Shown here piece by piece: positions 38,000 to 46,628 of a DNA stretch of 64,000 nt. How positions within the stretch are numbered: the first letter of the stretch is position 1; each line of letters opens with the position of its first letter. Made by a program: the position numbers and the translations under genes. Under the pieces are notes generated by a model, which was not told the DNA's origin, did not search any database, and was given only the letters and a program-made list of their open reading frames with translations. Source of the DNA: an uncultured Gammaproteobacteria bacterium (GTDB lineage Bacteria; Patescibacteriota; Patescibacteriia; Magasanikbacterales; UBA922); NCBI GenBank assembly GCA_964447765.1, contig CAYUTO010000002.1, positions 38,955-102,954 on the forward strand, read 5' to 3'.

Positions 38000-39394
38000 C
38001 TAGATACGCTTCATTTTGGTCATTTTGATTACAATAGGAGTTCCTTCGAAATTAAACTGTTCACGAAGTTGTCTCTCGAGATATTGTAGATATGAGCGAT
38101 GCAATGAAGTGCGATATTTGATAAACGCTTCAAATATTGGTGGATCAGTATTAATCTGTCTGAAGCGCATAATCGAAGGTTGTCTCGTACCTTTTCCTCG
38201 TGCAGGTTTGTGTAGGAAGGTGACTCGTTTGATGAAGATATCAAGCTGTGCCTGAGGAACCTCTGTTTTTCTGGCTTCGGCAATGCTTGCAAGTAAGGGG
38301 AATACTTGTTGTACACGATATCCAGATTTTCCACTGACAAAAAGAATAGCAGCAAAATCTAGGTGGGGGAAGTGAGCATAAACCATTTCCTTTACCGCAT
38401 TGCGGTTTGCATCACTATTGTCTTCAGCAAGATCCCATTTGTTCACGAGAATGACGACACTCTTGCTGCGTTTTTCAATAAGTCCTGCAAGTTGCATATC
38501 TTGCACAGAAATCGGCTCACTTCCGTCAATCACCATGAGAATAATATCTGAATGCTCGATCATTTTGATACTTTTGCTGATACCTTGTCGTTCGAGTTGT
38601 CCTGATACTTTTGCTTTGCGTCTAATACCTGCAGTATCAATAAAAGTAATTAAATATTTTTTACCATCCATATCATAATCAACGGTGGTATCAAAAGGTT
38701 CGCGGGTAGTATGCGCGATGGGGGATACGATTACTTTTTCTTCATCAATCAATTTATTAAACAAACTTGATTTTCCTGCATTTGGTTTGCCAATAAGTGC
38801 TACATGGATAGTTTCTACTTGTTCCAAACTTTTTAGTTTTGGTTTTTTTGATGCAAGATCAAGTGATTGGTATATGAGGTCGAGTAAATCTCCAACACCT
38901 CGTCCAGTTGCGGCTGAAATCATGTGTGGTTCTCCCATAGCAAGAGACGCCCAGTCTGAAATGAGAAATCCCTGCTCAATTTTTTTACTATCAGCTTTAT
39001 TTGCAACGAGAAATAAGTCAGCATTTTTTTTGTATGTGCGCACAATCATTCGAGCGAGCTCCTTATCCTGAGGAAGAACTCCTTCTTGTGAATCAATCAC
39101 AAATAGTATGATATCCGCCTCTTTGAGAGCTTTGCCCGACTGCTCGAGAATTTCACTAGCAAACAATTCATTTTCTTTTGAATCGATTCCACCAGTATCA
39201 ATCAGACGCACATATTGTCCGCGCCAGAGGATATTACCTTCGTTATTGGTGCGAGTGGTACCTGCGATATCAGAAACCAGAGCTTTGTTTTCTTCAATAA
39301 GCGCGTTAAACAACGTCGATTTACCTGCATTTGCTCGGCCGACGATAACCACGACTGGTAATTGTTCTTTGAGTGCGACTCCAGGTATTGCCAT
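38000..39394 (-). CDS. der: Ribosome-biogenesis GTPase Der (EngA)
   Basis: Two GTPase domains (GRANAGKSTLFNAL; GKPNAGKSSLFNKL) plus a KH-like C-terminus. 464 aa. Confidence 0.9.
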   Translation of the reverse strand: MAIPGVALKEQLPVVVIVGRANAGKSTLFNALIEENKALVSDIAGTTRTNNEGNILWRGQYVRLIDTGGIDSKENELFASEILEQSGKALKEADIILFVIDSQEGVLPQDKELARMIVRTYKKNADLFLVANKADSKKIEQGFLISDWASLAMGEPHMISAATGRGVGDLLDLIYQSLDLASKKPKLKSLEQVETIHVALIGKPNAGKSSLFNKLIDEEKVIVSPIAHTTREPFDTTVDYDMDGKKYLITFIDTAGIRRKAKVSGQLERQGISKSIKMIEHSDIILMVIDGSEPISVQDMQLAGLIEKRSKSVVILVNKWDLAEDNSDANRNAVKEMVYAHFPHLDFAAILFVSGKSGYRVQQVFPLLASIAEARKTEVPQAQLDIFIKRVTFLHKPARGKGTRQPSIMRFRQINTDPPIFEAFIKYRTSLHRSYLQYLERQLREQFNFEGTPIVIKMTKMKRI

Positions 39395-39421
39395 AGTAGT
39401 TGTAGTATATAGGATGATGAG

Positions 39422-40861
39422 TTATTCAACAAAGTCGTCGCCCAGTAATACCACAATATTGGTACTTGTGGCAAGGGGGGAGGCATGGGGCGGAAGTGTG
39501 GTCTTGATTGGAATATCTAATTCTTCAGAGATTTGCTTGGCTATAGACTCCACGTTAGGGTTGAGTACGTAGATAGCGCTCGAGGCGACGGGCTTGTATT
39601 CAGGGTCAATATTTCCAATAGTATCTGAGTAGATCTGTTTTTCTTTGAGCTGTGCCTCTACACGTGCAGCTAATCCGGCGCTCCAGGTGCCATTTTGGAT
39701 CTCAATTGCAGGTTCTACTATTACGACCTCTGGTGCGGTTTGTACGGGCGGTGTGGAGGTGAGGGGGGTGCTGGTCGAAGTGAAAATATTCTCTATTGCG
39801 GAAGATATGTCATCAAAAGAGTTCTTTTTTGGACTAAGAATGAATGCTCCTCCAGGAGTCGAAGCATTTACCAGGTATCCAGTAGGACTATCGTCAAGAA
39901 CGAGCGTTTGCATATTTGTGGTATCAAGTTCACGCCCCAAACTCACGAGCTCGATAATTTCATCAAACTGCATATTGGTGGACATATTCTTTTCCAGTGC
40001 ATCCATGATTTTTTTGATTCGGAGCGGATTGGTAAGTGTTGCAAAAGATAATACTTTTTCTTTGAGGGCTAAAAGTATTTGTTGTTGTCGTCGTGCTCGT
40101 GCAAAGTCTGAGCCTTCTCCATTGTTGCCATGACGGGAGCGTGCATATTTGAGTGCGGTTTCTCCATCCATAGTTTGAGGTCCGGCTTTGAAACTTACGG
40201 TCTGGTAACTATCTTTCGGACCGGGGTATTGGTAATCGGTAAATGTTTTTGCAACTTCGATTCGCACGCCACCGACTTCATCAATAATTTCTTTGAAAGC
40301 AGTAAAATCAAGTCGAATATAGTAGGGAATATCCACTCCAAACGTTTCGGATATTACTTCGGTTGCGTACGCTCCTCCCCAGCCTGGTTTATCAGTCTCA
40401 CCATACGCATTTGCACTGTTGATTCGATATACTCCACGATCTTTCAGGGGTACTCCTAAATCACGAGGAATAGAAATGAGAGCTACTTGATTGGTAGAAG
40501 GCTGGATACTAGCAATAATAATAGTGTCCGTGAGATAGGGCCCATCGTGTCCAGGACCACCCATACCAAGAAGTAATATATTGATACGATCCATCTTTTC
40601 TCCCTCGAGGTTGATGTCTTTTTTGAATACCAAATAGCTTAATTTTTTGAAAAATCCCTCAGGCTGTTTTGGTTCAAGGGTATTTGGATCATACGCAAGT
40701 GTGTCGCTCCTGTGACTAATAATAGCAAGTGCGCTACATCCGCCTACTATCAGGACAATAATTGCAATCAACAAAAAAAGCCACCTCGATTTTTTTCGAG
40801 GGACTGGTTGTTCGAAATTAGCATGCTTTTTAAGCAGGTTGATATGTTGTTCGTCTAACAT
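39422..40861 (-). CDS. LytR-CpsA-Psr (LCP) family cell-envelope phosphotransferase, membrane-anchored
   Basis: INILLLGMGGPGHDGPYLTDTIIIASIQP...ISIPRDL is an LCP signature. N-terminal TM. Start chosen at the internal Met (the ORF track extends to 41011). Confidence 0.75.
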   Translation of the reverse strand: MLDEQHINLLKKHANFEQPVPRKKSRWLFLLIAIIVLIVGGCSALAIISHRSDTLAYDPNTLEPKQPEGFFKKLSYLVFKKDINLEGEKMDRINILLLGMGGPGHDGPYLTDTIIIASIQPSTNQVALISIPRDLGVPLKDRGVYRINSANAYGETDKPGWGGAYATEVISETFGVDIPYYIRLDFTAFKEIIDEVGGVRIEVAKTFTDYQYPGPKDSYQTVSFKAGPQTMDGETALKYARSRHGNNGEGSDFARARRQQQILLALKEKVLSFATLTNPLRIKKIMDALEKNMSTNMQFDEIIELVSLGRELDTTNMQTLVLDDSPTGYLVNASTPGGAFILSPKKNSFDDISSAIENIFTSTSTPLTSTPPVQTAPEVVIVEPAIEIQNGTWSAGLAARVEAQLKEKQIYSDTIGNIDPEYKPVASSAIYVLNPNVESIAKQISEELDIPIKTTLPPHASPLATSTNIVVLLGDDFVE

Positions 40862-40970
40862 AGATAACGGAAAGTATAGAATAATTTTTCGTTTTTTGCA
40901 ATTTATCGGAGCTCTAGCAGTCGCAAGTAAATTTGTGCTATACTTACCCACAGTAATTTTAGAGATATCT

Positions 40971-41474
40971 ATGCCAAAAGTAGTTGATGATTCAACAATT
41001 GTAGGGAACACACTTCTTGAGTGGAGTGTTGCAGAATATGAACGTCATATGCGTCCAGTAGCGTGGTACGTAATTATGACCATTGTGGGGTGTTTTCTCG
41101 TAGGGTATGCAATATTTACTGATAATTTCATGTTTGCGATTATCGTAGTGTTGTTTTCGATTATTCTATTTTTACAATCACATCAGAGCCCAATTGTGGT
41201 TCCTTTTAGAATTACTGAGCTTGGTATTATTATCAACAATCGTTTGTACATCTATTCTGAACTTAAAGATTTTTTTATTATCTACAAACCACCAGAGATC
41301 AAAATGCTTTTTATCGAAACTAATTCCACGATTCGTCCGCGACTGCGTGTACCTCTGATGGATGTGAACCCAAACGATGTGCGTGAATTATTACTTGAAT
41401 TTCTTGAGGAGAATTTGCAAAAAGAAGAGGAACCTTTCAGTGATATGGTGGCAAGGCAGTGGAGGATTCATTAG
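40971..41474 (+). CDS. Hypothetical 2-TM membrane protein
   Basis: MPKVVDD...WYVIMTIVGCFLVGYAIFTDNFMFAIIVVLFSIILFL. Divergent from the LCP gene. The ORF track begins at 40839. Confidence 0.45.
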   Translation: MPKVVDDSTIVGNTLLEWSVAEYERHMRPVAWYVIMTIVGCFLVGYAIFTDNFMFAIIVVLFSIILFLQSHQSPIVVPFRITELGIIINNRLYIYSELKDFFIIYKPPEIKMLFIETNSTIRPRLRVPLMDVNPNDVRELLLEFLEENLQKEEEPFSDMVARQWRIH

Positions 41475-41483
41475 TCGAAAGTA

Positions 41484-41555
41484 AAAAGTCATAAAGTCAA
41501 AAAGTCACGCTCTCTCAGTGTGTTCGGTTTTCGACTTTAAGGACTTTATGACTAG
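41484..41555 (+). repeat. Iteron-like array: AAAGTCA x3 direct, then an inverted copy (gactttaaggactttatgact) forming a ~25-bp imperfect hairpin
   Basis: gtaaaaagtcataaagtcaaaaagtcacg ... cgactttaaggactttatgactag. Confidence 0.5.
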
Positions 41556-41569
41556 TCCTCGTATTATTC

Positions 41570-41599
41570 TTGACTTTTAACTATTTTTTGGGGTATACT
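41570..41599 (+). promoter_or_regulatory. Sigma70-like promoter TTGACT-18-TATACT upstream of tRNA-Arg
   Basis: ttgacttttaactattttttggggtatact. Confidence 0.5.
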
Positions 41600-41623
41600 T
41601 CGCCTCGTTGTTTTTATATTTAC

Positions 41624-41695
41624 GCACTCGTCGTTTAATGGATAGGACACTAGCTTGCGGAGCTGGTAATCGTGGTTCGATTCCACGCGAGTGCA
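41624..41695 (+). tRNA. tRNA-Arg, anticodon read as GCG (unusual; bacteria normally encode ACG)
   Basis: GCACTCGTCGTTTAATGGATAGGACACTAGCTTGCGGAGCTGGTAATCGTGGTTCGATTCCACGCGAGTGCA. Anticodon stem CTAGC/GCTGG, loop TTGCGGA. D-arm GTTTAATGGATA is shared with the other two Arg tRNAs in the window. Confidence 0.65.
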
Positions 41696-41699
41696 CACT

Positions 41700-41728
41700 T
41701 ACAAAAGAACCTTAAAAGGTTCTTTTGT
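41700..41728 (+). terminator. Perfect 10-bp hairpin after tRNA-Arg(GCG)
   Basis: caaaagaacc-ttaaaa-ggttcttttg. Confidence 0.55.
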
Positions 41729-41754
41729 ATTGGCAATTGTATAGAATATTATTT

Positions 41755-41773
41755 TGTGATATTACTTATCACA
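41755..41773 (+). promoter_or_regulatory. Palindromic operator-like site TGTGATATTACTTATCACA upstream of ORF 41803
   Basis: TGTGA-N9-TCACA perfect dyad, 30 nt upstream of the SD AGGAGGGG. Confidence 0.4.
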
Positions 41774-41802
41774 CACGACTGCATCCCTGAATAGGAGGGG
41801 AT

Positions 41803-42270
41803 ATGGAATCTGAAAAGTCTAAAATACCTCAATGGGCAAAGGGGTTTATTCTAAAAAAAGGAGGTACAGGGATTGTAGAGTATCGGAACAAGCAATACGA
41901 GTATGTGGTCCTGAAAAGGGGGATGATACCAGGTCTTTTGAATTTCGTCGGATTTGTCGAGAGCAGCAATTTTCTGTATATCTCTGAAGATGTTCCAGTC
42001 AAATACCGAAAATATGTGCTCAGGCACGAGCTTCGAAAGTGTCTAGGATACGGCGGAAGTGGTAAAGAAAAGTGCCGTAGGTCGCTTGAAGCAGAGTTGA
42101 AAGAAGTTCCTGACGCACTCAAAAGAAGGTATATCTGGTGGCGATTCAGATCTTTCAATAATCTGTTTTGGTATTACAGTGAAGGACCAGGAAGAGTGGC
42201 GTATAACGAGAAATGTCTATATGAAATTCTCGGGAGCCTGCTTTTTCTTGAAAGTGCTCTAAATGCATAG
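41803..42270 (+). CDS. Hypothetical protein encoded between two tRNA-Arg genes
   Basis: 155 aa. Strong SD (aggaggggatATG). No recognisable catalytic motif (HELRK has no second His). Followed by a GC-rich hairpin terminator gcgcgtatgg...ccatgcgcgc. Confidence 0.5.
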   Translation: MESEKSKIPQWAKGFILKKGGTGIVEYRNKQYEYVVLKRGMIPGLLNFVGFVESSNFLYISEDVPVKYRKYVLRHELRKCLGYGGSGKEKCRRSLEAELKEVPDALKRRYIWWRFRSFNNLFWYYSEGPGRVAYNEKCLYEILGSLLFLESALNA

Positions 42271-42334
42271 TGGGCGCGTATGGGGTGGAGAACCATGCGC
42301 GCTTCGTCTGTTTATGGTAGTATTAGGCGATTAG

Positions 42335-42406
42335 GTCCTCGTAGGTTAATGGATAGACCTCTGGCCTCCGAAGCCGGAAATTCAGGTTCGACTCCTGACG
42401 GGGACA
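42335..42406 (+). tRNA. tRNA-Arg (anticodon CCG)
   Basis: GTCCTCGTAGGTTAATGGATAGACCTCTGGCCTCCGAAGCCGGAAATTCAGGTTCGACTCCTGACGGGGACA; anticodon loop CTCCGAA. Confidence 0.8.
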
Positions 42407-42445
42407 CAACGTAAAAATCCTTGCGGATTCACGTTGTGATACGCA

Positions 42446-43054
42446 TTGACCAATGGTGATGGAACAAGCTATGATTTACACAGTATGGAACAAAAAAAAA
42501 TTCTAAAACTTATTCTTCAGGGATTATCATTGATTATTGTTATTGCGGTTGCGTTTTATTTTGCGGATCTCGCTCGAGGAAATGAAAATATACAAAAAAT
42601 AATTGCCGGATACGGGTATATTGGAATTTTTATCGTGTCATTGATTAGTGGGTTTAATTTTGTCGTACCAATACCTGCGATTTCATTTTTACCACTGTTT
42701 CTCGAATCAGGACTTAGTTTTCCAATAACCATTGCGATTATTAGTCTTGGAATGACAACTGCGGATACTATTGCATATCTTCTGGGAAACCTGGGAAAAA
42801 AAATGGTTTCTGGTTCGTATATGGAAAAAATACAGTTGAAAATAAAGATTATTCATGAAAAATATAATTGGGCACCATTAGTAATATTATTTCTGTTTGC
42901 GTCAGTGGCTCCGCTTCCCAATGAAGTGTTGTTGGTTCCATTTGCATTCCTCAATTACCGGCTACTTCATATTCTGCCAATAATATTTACGGGAAATGTA
43001 GTTTTCAATTTGCTTTATTCAAAAGGGATAGTGAATATTTTTAATTTATTGTAA
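42446..43054 (+). CDS. DedA/SNARE-associated (TVP38/TMEM64) family membrane protein
   Basis: GYIGIFIVSLISGFNFVVPIPAISFLP...VAPLPNEVLLVPFAFLNY. Confidence 0.65.
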   Translation: MTNGDGTSYDLHSMEQKKILKLILQGLSLIIVIAVAFYFADLARGNENIQKIIAGYGYIGIFIVSLISGFNFVVPIPAISFLPLFLESGLSFPITIAIISLGMTTADTIAYLLGNLGKKMVSGSYMEKIQLKIKIIHEKYNWAPLVILFLFASVAPLPNEVLLVPFAFLNYRLLHILPIIFTGNVVFNLLYSKGIVNIFNLL

Positions 43055-43079
43055 TTTGTAAAGAAAAGTGTGGAGTTTT

Positions 43080-43105
43080 GACACACGCTACGGGTGTGTT
43101 TTTTT
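43080..43105 (+). terminator. Rho-independent terminator after the dedA-like gene
   Basis: acacac-gctacgg-gtgtgt followed by ttttttt. Confidence 0.6.
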
Positions 43106-43111
43106 GTTTTG

Positions 43112-43666
43112 ATGAGCGGGGTATTACATGCTACTATAGTATGTACTATGGTAGATTTACTTCTCACAATAGCTTGTGTCTTCCTCATGACGCTTTTGTT
43201 CACCTATGTCTATGGGGGACTAAAAGCAGCCCCATGGGTTCCTATGCGTTCTCGTGATCTCTCGAGGCTTGATCGATTGATTCCGGTTAGGTCAACCGAT
43301 CGGGTGTACGATCTCGGCTGTGGTGACGCACGCACGCTCGCTCATGCGCTAGAAAAAGGAGCTCATTCGGCAACGGGGTATGAAGTCTCCTTGATTCCAT
43401 TTATTTTGGCACAGAGATACAAGAGGGTATATGGTAAAAAACTAAGACTATTGTTCCGAGATTTCTGGAAAGAAGATTTATCCGACGCAACGGTTATTTT
43501 TATATTTTTAAGTTACAAGGCTCATGCTCGACTCGGCAAAAAGTTTATGAATGAATTGAAACCAGGTACACGAATCGCAACATACGTCTGGCCAATTGAA
43601 GGTTGGACTCCGATAGTCGTGGATAAACCAATAGATGATTTATCGATCTATGTGTATGAAAGGTAA
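43112..43666 (+). CDS. Class I SAM-dependent methyltransferase with an N-terminal TM helix
   Basis: RVYDLGCGDARTLAHALEKGAHSATGYE is methyltransferase motif I. Start placed after the upstream terminator (the ORF track starts at 43094). Confidence 0.6.
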   Translation: MSGVLHATIVCTMVDLLLTIACVFLMTLLFTYVYGGLKAAPWVPMRSRDLSRLDRLIPVRSTDRVYDLGCGDARTLAHALEKGAHSATGYEVSLIPFILAQRYKRVYGKKLRLLFRDFWKEDLSDATVIFIFLSYKAHARLGKKFMNELKPGTRIATYVWPIEGWTPIVVDKPIDDLSIYVYER

Positions 43667-45778
43667 TTGTGTATGAGTACACTTCGTCTTACAACTCCGG
43701 TTGCCGAGCTCCATCGCGTGGGAAAAAATCTAGAAAATAAACTAGCCAATCTTCGGATACAAAAAGTACAGGATGTATTGTTTCATTTTCCTTTTCGATA
43801 TGAAGATTATCGTTCAGTTGTTGCAATCGCGAATGTAATGCCAGGAGTTGACCTTACGATTAAAGGTACCATTGAACTTATTGCTAATAAGCGCAGCCCT
43901 CGTAAACGCACGATGATTACTGAAGCAGTGGTTCGAGATGAGACTGATGTGATTCGAGTAATTTGGTTTGGTCAGCCATTTATCGGGAAAATATTGAAAG
44001 TGGGTGATGAAGTGTTTTTATCTGGTTCGATAAAAGAAGATATGTTTGGAGTGCACATGGCAAGTCCAGCGTATGAACGTGTGCGTGAAGACAAGCAGGC
44101 AACGCATACCGCACGCATTGTTCCTATGTATCCACTTACTGCAGGTGTGACACAAAAACAAATGCGATTTCTTGTGGAGCAAGTACTCCCGCTCGCTGAG
44201 CAAATCAAAGAATGGATTCCTGAAAGCATTCTTAAAAATAACGAGCTCATTCCATTGTCTCGTGCAATACAAAAAATTCATTTTCCAGAAAATCATGAAG
44301 AACGAACCCTCGCGGAACAAAGGCTAAAATTTGGAGAATTATTTGTCTTACAACTGCGAGCAGAGTTGATTCGCCAGGCAAATGCGAGACAAATTGCACC
44401 AAATATTGGGTTTAAAGAAAAAGAAATCCGTGAGTTTGTACAGGAACTTCCTTTTGAATTGACGGTGGATCAGAAAAAGTCTGCCTGGGAGATTTTTCAA
44501 GATATTGACCGTGGGACCCCCATGAACCGTCTTCTTCAGGGAGACGTGGGATCGGGAAAAACAATTGTTGCTGGTTTATGTGCGTATTTGAGTTTCCTTA
44601 ATGGGTATCAGACCGTTATTATGGCCCCGACAGAAATTTTGGCAACTCAGCATTTCGAAACATTTGGTAAAGTGTTTGGTGACAAGCTGAATTTTTGTCT
44701 ACTGACTGGTTCAGAAATAAGGAATTGGAAAGATGGTATTGAAGGGGAATCGAAAGCAGCACGGAAGTTGTACTTAAAAAAAGAAATTTTTGAAGGTAGG
44801 GTGAATGTTATTATTGGAACGCATGCACTTCTGACGGAAGATACACAGTTTCATAAATTAGGCCTCGTGGTAATCGACGAGCAACATCGATTTGGGGTAG
44901 AGCAGCGAAAAACAATTCGTGATAAATCGGGAATGGAAGGAATGTATCCACATTTTTTATCCATGACTGCAACGCCAATTCCACGCTCGTACGCACTGAC
45001 CTTGTATGGGGATCTTGATGTGTCGTATATCAAAACAAAACCAGCAGGGAGAAAAGATATTATTACGAGACTAGTCGAGCCAAGTAAAAGGGATCGCGCA
45101 TATGGATTTATCAGAGAACAGGTACACAAAGGGCGACAAGTGTTTGTCGTGTGTCCTTTGATTCAGGAAAAAACCAAAGAAGGTGAAAGTATGGGGGTAG
45201 TATCAGAAAAGAAAACCGTGTTGTCTGAATACGAAAAGTTATCAACAAAAATTTTTCCTGATTTGCGAGTCGACTATCTTCATGGAAAAATGAAATCAAA
45301 AGAAAAAGAAGGAATCATGAAAAAGTTCGCAGAGGGCGTTACTGATATTCTAGTTTCAACTTCTGTAATTGAAGTTGGGGTAAATATTCCAAACGCGTCG
45401 ATCATGATGATTGAAGGTGCTGAGCGATTTGGGTTGGCGCAGCTGCACCAATTCCGTGGAAGGGTGGGGCGAGCCGAACATCAGTCGTATTGTATTTTGT
45501 TTACCGAGATTGAGAGTGTAACATCAAAAGGGCGATTAGAGTACTTCGCTAAAACACTTGATGGATTTGCGCTTGCTGAATACGACCTTGAAACAAGAGG
45601 TCCAGGAGAAGTATATGGTACTGCGCAGAGCGGAATGGAAGAACTCCGTCTTGCGACTATGCGTGATCAAAGTATCATTAAAGCTGCGAGAGAATCAGCG
45701 CGAGGTATGGATTTTGAAAAGTTCCCCGAGCTGAAAGATCGGGTGCAAGAGTGGGAAGCACGGGTGCATATGGAATGA
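43667..45778 (+). CDS. recG: ATP-dependent DNA helicase RecG
   Basis: Wedge/OB N-terminus. Helicase motifs GDVGSGKT and DEQHRFGV. 703 aa. Confidence 0.9.
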   Translation: MCMSTLRLTTPVAELHRVGKNLENKLANLRIQKVQDVLFHFPFRYEDYRSVVAIANVMPGVDLTIKGTIELIANKRSPRKRTMITEAVVRDETDVIRVIWFGQPFIGKILKVGDEVFLSGSIKEDMFGVHMASPAYERVREDKQATHTARIVPMYPLTAGVTQKQMRFLVEQVLPLAEQIKEWIPESILKNNELIPLSRAIQKIHFPENHEERTLAEQRLKFGELFVLQLRAELIRQANARQIAPNIGFKEKEIREFVQELPFELTVDQKKSAWEIFQDIDRGTPMNRLLQGDVGSGKTIVAGLCAYLSFLNGYQTVIMAPTEILATQHFETFGKVFGDKLNFCLLTGSEIRNWKDGIEGESKAARKLYLKKEIFEGRVNVIIGTHALLTEDTQFHKLGLVVIDEQHRFGVEQRKTIRDKSGMEGMYPHFLSMTATPIPRSYALTLYGDLDVSYIKTKPAGRKDIITRLVEPSKRDRAYGFIREQVHKGRQVFVVCPLIQEKTKEGESMGVVSEKKTVLSEYEKLSTKIFPDLRVDYLHGKMKSKEKEGIMKKFAEGVTDILVSTSVIEVGVNIPNASIMMIEGAERFGLAQLHQFRGRVGRAEHQSYCILFTEIESVTSKGRLEYFAKTLDGFALAEYDLETRGPGEVYGTAQSGMEELRLATMRDQSIIKAARESARGMDFEKFPELKDRVQEWEARVHME

Positions 45779-45815
45779 TGGTGTGTAGATACGTCAAAAG
45801 AGTGGAAAATCGTCC

Positions 45816-45854
45816 CCAGTTTGCATTGACAAACTGGGTTTTTTTGTGTATACT
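45816..45854 (+). promoter_or_regulatory. recG rho-independent terminator whose loop contains the -35 box of a consensus promoter TTGACA-17-TATACT driving the island-D gene
   Basis: ccagtttg-cattga-caaactgg then gttttttt. TTGACA at ~45826 and TATACT at ~45849. Confidence 0.65.
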
Positions 45855-45919
45855 CCGCCAGTCTGTTCCACAGGGGCAGGCACCGTCACGCACGAAAGTG
45901 CATTATCAGGAGTCTCACT

Positions 45920-46405
45920 TTGAAAGAATCGGTTCTCAATCGGATCAACAAGATGTCCTATGAGGAGGGTGCCAACCTCCTCACGAACCTCCGCCTGAAC
46001 GCGATCCCTCCGTACCGTCTCCACACCCACCCCGTCGAGTTCACGATCCACACCTTCGGCGTCGACTGCGAGGCCAGGGTCAAGTCGGACACGATGGATA
46101 CGCGTCGTGCCATGAGTGATCTCGGCATGCCGCGGGTCCAGGAGATCGCCAACACGATCTACTTGCACCCGACGCTCGGGGAGGATGCTCTGAACGCGAT
46201 GCTCGACGGCAAACGTGTCGTGATCAACGTCCAGCGTCACCCGAAGACGGAGACGAAGCCCGCGATGCAGGCGGTTCCGATGGCGCCGGTCGAGGTCATC
46301 GCCTCGGTGCTCGACGACGTGCCGGAGGACAAGAGCAAGAAGAAGGTCGAGAACAAGTCTCGGCGCAAGCAGCAGCCCGCGGTCTCCGCGGAATTGCTCC
46401 ACTAG
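45920..46405 (+). CDS. Hypothetical protein (GC-rich island D, ~65% GC). TTG start with AGGAG SD.
   Basis: ORF track 161 aa. AGGAG sits 7 nt upstream of TTG. Opposite-strand ORF 45794..46492 is Arg-rich, typical of an antisense artefact in GC-rich DNA. Confidence 0.55.
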   Translation: MKESVLNRINKMSYEEGANLLTNLRLNAIPPYRLHTHPVEFTIHTFGVDCEARVKSDTMDTRRAMSDLGMPRVQEIANTIYLHPTLGEDALNAMLDGKRVVINVQRHPKTETKPAMQAVPMAPVEVIASVLDDVPEDKSKKKVENKSRRKQQPAVSAELLH

Positions 46406-46558
46406 GTCAAATGATCTAGTAAGAGAAGCAGGCGGTCGCCCATGGCGACTGTCCTGCGTCTCGAATACAAAATCCACACTCGAATCACGCAATAAGTCTC
46501 ATCTATATGGGAACTATCGCGGGAGGGCGAGTGTGGATTTTTGTTTTGCAGTGTATTA

Positions 46559-46591
46559 TTCCTCTCCTAAGAGGAGAGGTTAGGTGAGGTC
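46559..46591 (+). repeat. Left terminal inverted repeat: palindromic core cctctcctaagaggagagg plus aggtgaggtc
   Basis: Pairs with 47049-47080 (gacctcacct plus the same palindromic core). Confidence 0.6.
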
Positions 46592-46628
46592 ATTCGAAGG
46601 GTATAATTATGAGTGACTATCTTATTGC

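Noticed and set aside
41755-41773. CRP-like TGTGA...TCACA site
   Set aside because: Spacer is 9 nt, not 6, so not a canonical CRP/FNR site. Recorded as a generic dyad operator instead.
45794-46492. 232-aa minus-strand ORF overlapping island D (similar long antisense ORFs at 26388-26927, 27263-27559 and 16513-16947)
   Set aside because: Extremely Arg/Leu/Asp-rich with no start context. This is the typical spurious reverse-strand frame in GC-rich DNA. The plus-strand gene has a consensus promoter and SD.
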